From contig NC_088858.1 of the NCBI RefSeq assembly GCF_963853765.1, positions 46,934,001 through 46,998,000 of the forward strand: DNA of 64,000 nt, read 5' to 3'. The translations under genes and the position numbers were made by a program. Positions 25,101-34,100 of this stretch are shown piece by piece. Positions within the stretch are counted from its first letter, which is position 1. Each line of letters begins with the position of its first letter. The notes beneath the pieces were generated by a model. That model had not been told where the DNA came from. It ran no database searches and saw only the letters and a list, made by a program, of their open reading frames with translations. This DNA comes from Magallana gigas (Eukaryota).

Positions 25101-28100
25101 ATAATAATTATGACACACGGAAGTAAATTCTTTTTGTTTACATTAGTTATATAATTTCATCACCTGTACATTCAACAAAAGAACAGAAGCACAAAATTAA
25201 ACTCTGTATGTAAAATACAGTGTATCAACAATTGTTAAAGACTGAAATCAAGTACGTATAATTCGAACATGACAAAAGCCCACCCCAACTGAAGAAAAAA
25301 CCCTTTTCCCCTGAGAACCGTACTTTTTCTTACCTTATTTTTTCTAAAGCTTTAGATCAGTTCTATCTTTAGCACAGTTACCTAGCACTATTGATTGCAT
25401 CGGTGAATAACAACAATACTGATTGCTGACTGAACATTTAAATGGACGTTCCCTACTGCCCTAGAGTTTACTAAAAGGTTTTCTGAACTTCTAACATATG
25501 TACACATGTATATGATTGTTTCGATTAAAGGGACTTTAGTATAGAGAATGGTTCCTGTGATTACCGTATATAGCAAATTGCAATCTAATGTTTTATAAAT
25601 ATAAACACAATGTCCTGGTTGGTTTATGAGACTTTAAAAGCAAGTACATGTATGAGGCATTTACACAAATGAATACTTAAACAATAAAATGCTAATTGTT
25701 TGGTGATTCATGTGGGATATGAAGATGGTAACTCTGCAGAAAATATACATAACCTGTGTTAGCGGGTTATTTAAATTTTTTCTGCAATGATCACTACCTT
25801 TATAACCTGCATGTGTCCTAGGGTCAGGGGTTCAGACCTTGTGTGGGGCCAAAATGGCCAAATAAATGAAAATTTATTTTAAAATCTTAGAAATTACATC
25901 TTTTTTTCTATCCACATATATATATTAGAGAAAAACTATATATTATGCATGGTTATGCTGTTCATAAACCCCTCTATCAAAATTGTAGAAGTCATGGCCC
26001 CTGGGTCTGGGGTTCAGTCCCTAAGGTGGTCGGGTCCAATATGGCCCTATAGTGAACTTGTATTAAATCTTAGAAAATCTTCTCTACTTCATCAGTGAGG
26101 GTAGATATATTGAATGCAAAGTTGTGATGTCCACGGAGCCTTATAACTATATTGTAAAATTCATGACACCTGGGCCAATGTATGGTTCTGGCCTTTGGTT
26201 AAGCCCAATATAGCTATACATAGTGAAAATGGATAAAATTTAAACAGTATTTTCTTTTGTTCTTTCAATGCTTTGAGGGATAAACTAAATGAATTGTTAT
26301 AATTCTAATCCCTGTTTCCTCTGCAAACTCTTGCCTTGCCCCCCCCCCCCCCCCTCCCCCCATCTTTTTATGAAATGATTTTTGCAAACTTGAAATAACA
26401 AAGTGGTGGGAAACAGTCAGAGGCGTCATTGATTAGGGTTTGGACAAAAAATCAAGCTTAACATGCAAACTTGAGACTCCCTGACTGGTCCATCTATGGG
26501 CCCTGGTACTCGAGTGACAGTCAAGGCCTGTGGGCCTTTTCTTATTGAATACTAGCTGTGCATTTGAGTTAAAGACTAGTATAGGGAATTATTAATATTA
26601 ATATCTAAAACATTTGATATGACACTGCATGGCACAAAAATGAACTGTCTATAAACTTGCACAATGTTCAGAAGATACTTTTCAAATTTACTTGGTAATT
26701 AGCACTAAACTGAAATATTAACAGATTACTATACATTTTTATTGTTGATACAGACTTGTTTCTGTCTTACTGTGTGGCCGATGCCCCCGCTGATGATAGG
26801 AATATCATACATCCTGCACAAGTGTACAAAGACTTAAAGAATAATGGATATACATGGTGAGGAAATTTTTTTTGACTTAAGACACTAATGAATGTGTATA
26901 TCAAGCATAACAACACAGTTGAAACTTTGGTATCTTGTACATCCATATCTTAAACTTTATAGATATGAGTTCAAGTTTGGACCAACATTTTCTTATTTTT
27001 TAATAACCTTATGCTTGATGCCTTGAATATTCTTACTGGGTAAATATTTCACTGTTGTTTTTTTTTATCCATTAATGGCTTCAAGACAATGAAATTATAA
27101 CTCTACATGTAAAACTTTGAAAATTCAACCTCACACCTACATCTTGTATACCTAGTACTTGTACATTGTATAAGGTGAAAAGTAACTTTGTATTCATGTA
27201 CAAACAGTTGGTTCCCTGAGGAGAGCAACCAGTACTCTACTGACCTGATGGCTAGAGCTCTGATGGATTCCACCATTTTTGTGGTGTTCATTTCAACCAG
27301 TTATGCAAATGATAGGTCTTGTACAGACATCTTTAAGTATGCCAAGCTGACTTTGGGCAAGCCAATGGTGGTTATTGTAGTGGGTGAGGACAATTTCTCC
27401 TGGAGAAAGACCAACCTCGGGCTGCTTCTCCCTGATGTTGTGAGTATAATAGTAATATCTCTCTCTCTCTCTGCCTCTGTTTGTCTGTCTGTCTGCCTGT
27501 CTGTCTCTCTCTCTCTCTGGTGAGCATACTTATACCTTTTTACACTTAAGTCAAATCCATCTAGGTTAAAATATGCAGTGTTCATGTATAAAAGACATTA
27601 GTGCAATTACTTGTGCTGAATATTTTGGATTAATATGTTTATTATAAAATGTATGATGAATTGGTTCTCACCTTACTTCTGTTCCAGTCTTTTGTCAACA
27701 TGATCAATTCCAAGAAAGACAATTACAACTCAAAGTTCCAGGAACTCCTGGGGAAGTTGGATGAGTTGATGAACTTATCAGTGAAGGCCAAGGACGCCGA
27801 GAGCCCTGAGTGTTTCATAAGCTACTGCTGGAAAAACTCGGCACAGGCCGTCGCCCTAGGAACCAGGTCAGACATTTACAGTGTCACACCCTATCAAGTT
27901 TCATCTAATTCCGTCTAGATCTTGTACAAGGAAACTGCTTTTTTCTTACCAATAATTGATACACAACAGTTTAGCACATTTACTCCATGTAATTTTAGTA
28001 TGGAGTTCTCAGGTGGAATTTTGAATAAATAACAAAATCAAAAAAGACAAAGCCAATTTATGTAAAAATCTGATCTAATTTGAAAATGATCTAAAAGTGG

Positions 28101-31100
28101 GATTTGTAAGTTTTATTTTTCATTTTGTTAATGTTTTTTTTGTACTAAGGATACATTAAAAACATAGTAAGCAAGGCATGCATGGCTATATATCCCAGAT
28201 TCTGTCAGCCATTATTTTGTTTGTTTAATCTATACATTTTTCAACAGATGCAATCTTTCAAAAAAGAAAATTTTTTCAGTTCATATAACATTTAAGGTAT
28301 TTAATGTATAATGAAGGGATATTGAACAATTTTTAATCATTTAAAACTAGTTAAATATGTATTGCTAGATAACTATGAAAGTGAAATGAACCAAATTCAC
28401 ATGACATATAAGAAGCCGGTCATTTTGAACCTTAAAATTTTTTAAAGAGTTATCCCCCCTTTTTTAAAAAAAGAAAATTTTAATTTCGTCAAAATATCTG
28501 CGGTAAATGATTTATTTTATTTCATATTCTAATAAAGAGAAAGTTTATGCATGTATTAACCAAGAGTTTTACAAATTTTAAGTTACTTTTTACAATGTCT
28601 TAATAAAACATACATTGCCCATAGACTTCAATGCAAAATTGAAGGTGTAATATGTTGTACCATAATCAAAATTTTGAGAATTCCTTTGGTGGAGTATTTT
28701 TAATTAATATAACACCTTCAAAATAATATCGTGATTAAGAATATCAGACCATTCATTTATTAGGTAGAAAATGTGGTCGTTATACATCGAATACCTTAAT
28801 TGTGAACAAACAAGTAGGGATATTTAACATCAAGTATTTTTCTTTGCTAGACCCGGTGCAACATCACTTGGGTTTGGAGATCCCAGAGAAATTAAGTCAT
28901 TTTTAGAGAAGAATTCCATCAGGTGCTGGATTGATGTAGAAAGAATAGGAATGGTAAGGGTATGATTAAAGGAGCACAACAGTCTTTGCTGTGGAAAAAT
29001 TACATTTAACATTAGTAGGGGTAAAAACTACATTTCTCAACAACAAAATATCGTATTCTATTTAAATAGATATACAATATATGATGTTAAGACTTATACA
29101 TGTAATGTGGTATTCCATCTTTTTGAGCAATATTTATTGTAGACCAGTATTTTAATGTCATTTAAAATATTCAACAAATGTTTCAAACAAATTTGTAGAA
29201 AAATTGAAACTGAAGTGAAAAATTTCCAAGCTGTTGCTTGTGGCTTAAAAGTCACAATGTAACAATGTTTGTCTTTGAATAAGGAAAAATTAGATAGTCA
29301 ACCCATAATCTCTGCAATACTGCAAACAATTGATGGTTGTGGCTCTGATTTATGCTGTATTACCACAGAACGGGCTGTTTGATGAGATTGCGCGGGGCTT
29401 ACTGGAGTGTAAAGTGGTGGTGGCGTGTGTGTCTGATGATTACGTGGAGTCACCCAGCTGCTGTAAAGAGTTCCGCTACGCCTGCACAGTTCTCAACCTC
29501 CCTCTGGTCATCTGTGTGGTGGGAACTGGGCACAAGTGGAGGCGGAGTGAGGTAGGGTCTTACATATTATGTAACTAAAATGTTAGAGGAGGCAGAGTGA
29601 GGTAGGGTCCTACATGTTATGTAACTAAAATGTTAGAGGAGGCAGATTGAGGTAGGGTCTTACATGTTATGTAACTAATATGTTAGAGGAGGCAGAGTGA
29701 GGTAGGGTCTTACATATTATGTAACTAAAATGTTAGAGGAGGCAGAGTGAGGTAGGGTCCTACATGTTATGTAACTAAAATGTTAGAGGAGGCAGAGTGA
29801 GGTAGGGTCCTACATATTATGTAACTAAAATGTTAAAGGAGGCAGAGTGAGGCAGGGTCTTACATGTTATGTAACTAAAATGTAAGAGGAGGCGATTGAG
29901 GTAGGGTCTTACAAGTTATGTAACTAAAATGTTAGAGGAGGCAGAGTGAGGTAGGGTCTTACATGTTATGTAACTAAAATGTTAGAGGAGGCAGAGTGAG
30001 GTAGGGTCTTACATGTTAAGTAACTAAAATGTAAGAGTAGGCAGAGTGAGGTGGGTCCTTCGTGTTATGTAACTGAAATGTTATAATAGGTATAGTGAGG
30101 TGGGTCCTACATGTTATGTAACTTAAATGTAAGAGTAGGAAGAGTGAGGTAGTATACTTTATTTTATATTATTTGAAATTTATGAATGAATTTATGAATT
30201 GATGAAAGAAGACCGCGCGCGATGCTACCGCTTTTTAGTTCCAAATATACCTATTTTTCATCACATGAGGTTAACATGTATGCTTTGAAATTTTCTTTTT
30301 CATTGATATCAATTGCACTTTCCTCACAGGTATGTGTATTTTTATTAAATATCGTAAAAATGTGCAGCATAAATAACTTGGGGCAGACTATACATGTTAT
30401 ATTATTAAAATATAAATAAATATACTTAAGGCAGAGTAAATTTAGGTAGGATATTCTGAATGTTTTGCATTTAAAATAGAAATAACTTTACAAAACTGAT
30501 ATCTTGCAGTATTATTTTAAGATAATGCTCAAATCCCTGCCTGTACCATTATCTTCATATATCTTGGAGGCCATGCAAGATTGTATGATATTACTTAAGG
30601 TTCTGCTAAAGATATTTTCAGAGTTAATGCAGTGCAAAGCATGTGCAGTAGATCAAAAGGTGCTTCATTTCAATAAATTTTACATGATTAATCATTGTAA
30701 AACTAAAGTCAAATGATTAATGTTAGGTTTTTTTACCAGGAACATTGATTCATTATGGAAGAATTAAAGGACAATGTGAAGGATTGTAAATTATCTTTTC
30801 ATTTTAATTGAGGAGAACTATTTTTGTGAATTAAAGTTTATGGGTTTTCACCATTTAGCTAACCTGTGCTAAAAGATATTGAAAATAGGGTGGCTGCATG
30901 TATTAAAAAGTACTGTTATTGAGATAAATCATTGGACCAAATATACCAATTCTTAAAAGGATGAGACCCAACAACCAATGTGAAGTCACAGTTCTATGTA
31001 GTGAAATGGTGACTGTTTTTAAAAACTCCAATCAAAAGCAACAGCATTAGAAATAATTCTTAATTGTCCTAACCATAAACCCTTTTCAAACTATACAGCT

Positions 31101-34100
31101 ATAATGAAGCTCTGGGAGGGGTGCAAGTTTCTAAAAGGCTGTGTTCTTGTAAACTATACTTTTAAAAAAACAGAACTTTCTAAGAAAACTTCTTGTCATA
31201 GTGAAGATTATATGAATAATCCACTTGGGAACAATTAATCATGTGAGCCTCCTGACCTGTGGGCATCTAGTTTTTAACTGATTGGTAAATTTCTCTTTTT
31301 GGGATCTTTTATATTGAATAGTGAATGCTCAAGTATTATAAATCAAAAGTAGAATTTTATGACAAAATTATATATAGCCAAGAATTATGTCAAGATGTCA
31401 AGAAATGCTCTTAATTTTAGACACATTTGTTCATTGAAAGTGGATTGGGACTGATTTTCCTGCTGAATATTCTAGGTTGCCATGTTGACGATGAACAGCC
31501 CAGTGGTGAGTTTTCAGTTAGAGAGCGAGGAGGCATTCACCAAACTACTGCAGCTTGTGGAAGAGGCTCTAGAATCTAGTAAACAGGTCAAGGATGAAAA
31601 GACAGACACCAAGGAGGGGACATCGGACAAGGAGAGGGCAAATCAGTTCAAGGTCATTTGTTTGAACTTCTGTTATGTAGAGCTACTGTATAGCTGTTTT
31701 CTTGTTGATTAAGAATCTCAATACTGTAAATACCTTTTTAAATGCAAGGATTTAATTTCCACGTAAAATCGTGAGAATTAGGCAGTTCTCCTGGATTTTA
31801 AAATCTAGCTCTTATTTTTCAGACAGTTTTGAGCTACATGAAATCATAACAAAAAATTTGTGCTTGCTATTTTATATTTGATTTGATACAAAATTTACAT
31901 TATCAAAATTGTGAAACATGCACTTAGATGTAGTACATGTGGTGAGAAATTATAACAATTTTAATTACTTGTTTTGTAGGAGCTGTATGAGTTGGCCCAG
32001 AGAAAGTTTTTGAGACAGATAAGAAACTACGCCTCCAGTCAGGAGGTGGCTCCCTACCCTCGACTCTTTGTGGCTGACATCGTACCTTTAGAAGAAAACC
32101 CTCAATCATTTGATACATCCGTGTCTATAGGTACATAGCGGTTCTACTGAATTTAAATCTTAAAATGAAGATAAATATGAAATTTAATGAAGGGGCAATA
32201 TTGGAACTTCTTTATATAAAGCATAAAAGATATGGTTTAATCAATTCTCCGAGTAACTTGGATAACAACTTAAAATATATCTGCAATGAATGGCCAACTA
32301 AAACTACTTTATAAAGTAAAAATAAAATGCCTTGATCATCAGCTTATACAGAAAGGGATTTTTATTTGTTGTTGTTAATTTCAGAGGAAAAACTTGATGA
32401 TAAAGAAGAAAACCAGATAGAGAAAGGAGAAATGGAGATCATTAACTCGGGATATACATCCCGCAGATTCTGTATCCACATCCTGTGCGAATGTGACAAG
32501 GTTTGTACATTTTATATTATCATACTTTCATGTTAAATACTGAAATTTGATTGTTGGTAATCCGTTCTATTACCCTCATCGTTAGCAACACACTTGGCAA
32601 CGGGTAACACAACGAATTGTTACATGCGCGTAAATTCTGCGCGTACGGTTCGTCGTAGAATTCACTTCATTTCTATTTAAAAGCAGTAAAGTTCTCTTTA
32701 AAATTAAGACATTCAGTACAATAAAATAGATAGTGCTTGTTTTGGAAGGTAACTGTTGAAATTGACACCCCTCGAAAACCATTGTCAACCTCCGTGTTGG
32801 TTGACAATGGTTGTCTCGGGGTGTCAATTTCAACAGTTACCCTCCCAAACAGGCACTGTTTATATATTGTTATACTTTCATGTTAAATACTGAAATCTGA
32901 TTGGCTAAGATGCAGTTCATAATCCGTTCTATTACCCTTCGCGTCGGTTGACAATGGTTTTCTCGGGGTGTCAATTTCAACTGTTACCCTCCCAAACAGG
33001 CACTATTTATATAATGTTAACCAGTACTAGTAGAACATGTTGATCATATTATTTTCATTTTATTATACTGCAGAGAATCGTAATAGAGCACATGTAGTAT
33101 TCGCTCATTACATTCATTTTTATCTTCTGCATGTACTGGCAAAAAAAATTTGCAAACAAAACCAGATTTTTCTATAATAAATCTTGAAGAAAAAAGTTAA
33201 GCTTTGTGACAGAGGTACTTTGGGTAAAATATGAGCAAACAAACCAGATTTTCATGCGTAGTAGTTTTTTTATCAAGGGTTTGACATAGTGACATTAGTT
33301 TTGTTAAGTTTAAATTGTATTTAGGTTTTACATACTTGTAGTATCTTAAGCAGTACTCTGTCTACATTTATGCGAAGCTGAATCCAATCTGATCAAAATC
33401 AGATCCTTGATTCGCTCCTTTTTATTTTACTGTTGCTACACATGGATCTGAAGAAACGCCCAGTTGGGGTCACCTCCTGGTGAGCTTTGTTTTGACCAAT
33501 GAAATTGTAAGTTTCATTCCTCAGTAAAGTGTTTTAGAAGTTATGCCAATACAACCTTTGGATTCCTTGAGGACGTTTGATATCAACTTATGCTCCGTCT
33601 TTTTAGCTTGCTGATACCGAAATTTTTTTAGAAAATGTGCCACTCTGCTTTGTCATTCGACTTCATTTTGTTTGTAACCCAAAAATATCCTTTCTTTAAC
33701 ACTTGCTCTGATTGGCTAAAATAACTCATGAATATTCTTAAATCATTGTTCACCAGGAGTTGACCTCAAGAGGAGTTTCTTCAGATCATCATGTAGAGAC
33801 AATAGAAAAAAACAAGGAACGGATCAAGGATCTGATTTTAATCAGATAAAGCTGAATCAATATTTGGCAAAGTGACTTGAGCATTGCTGTTTTTTAATTT
33901 CCAGGGATGGCACAGTGTGACGGAACCCATGATGCTGCCTGAGGACTTTGGGAGAGAGGACCTGACAAAACATGCCCCCTATCTGTCACGCATCACCGCC
34001 ATCATGAAGCACAGCAAGAACTTCATTTTGAACTGTCTGACGGACGATGATGGACAGAACTATATGAAGTGGCTGTTTGAGGTGGGTCCATGTCTCGCTT

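Noticed and set aside
29537-30152. CRISPR-like regularly spaced repeats
   Set aside because: Contiguous 50-bp units with no unique spacers and no cas genes, in a spliceosomal intron; it is a minisatellite.
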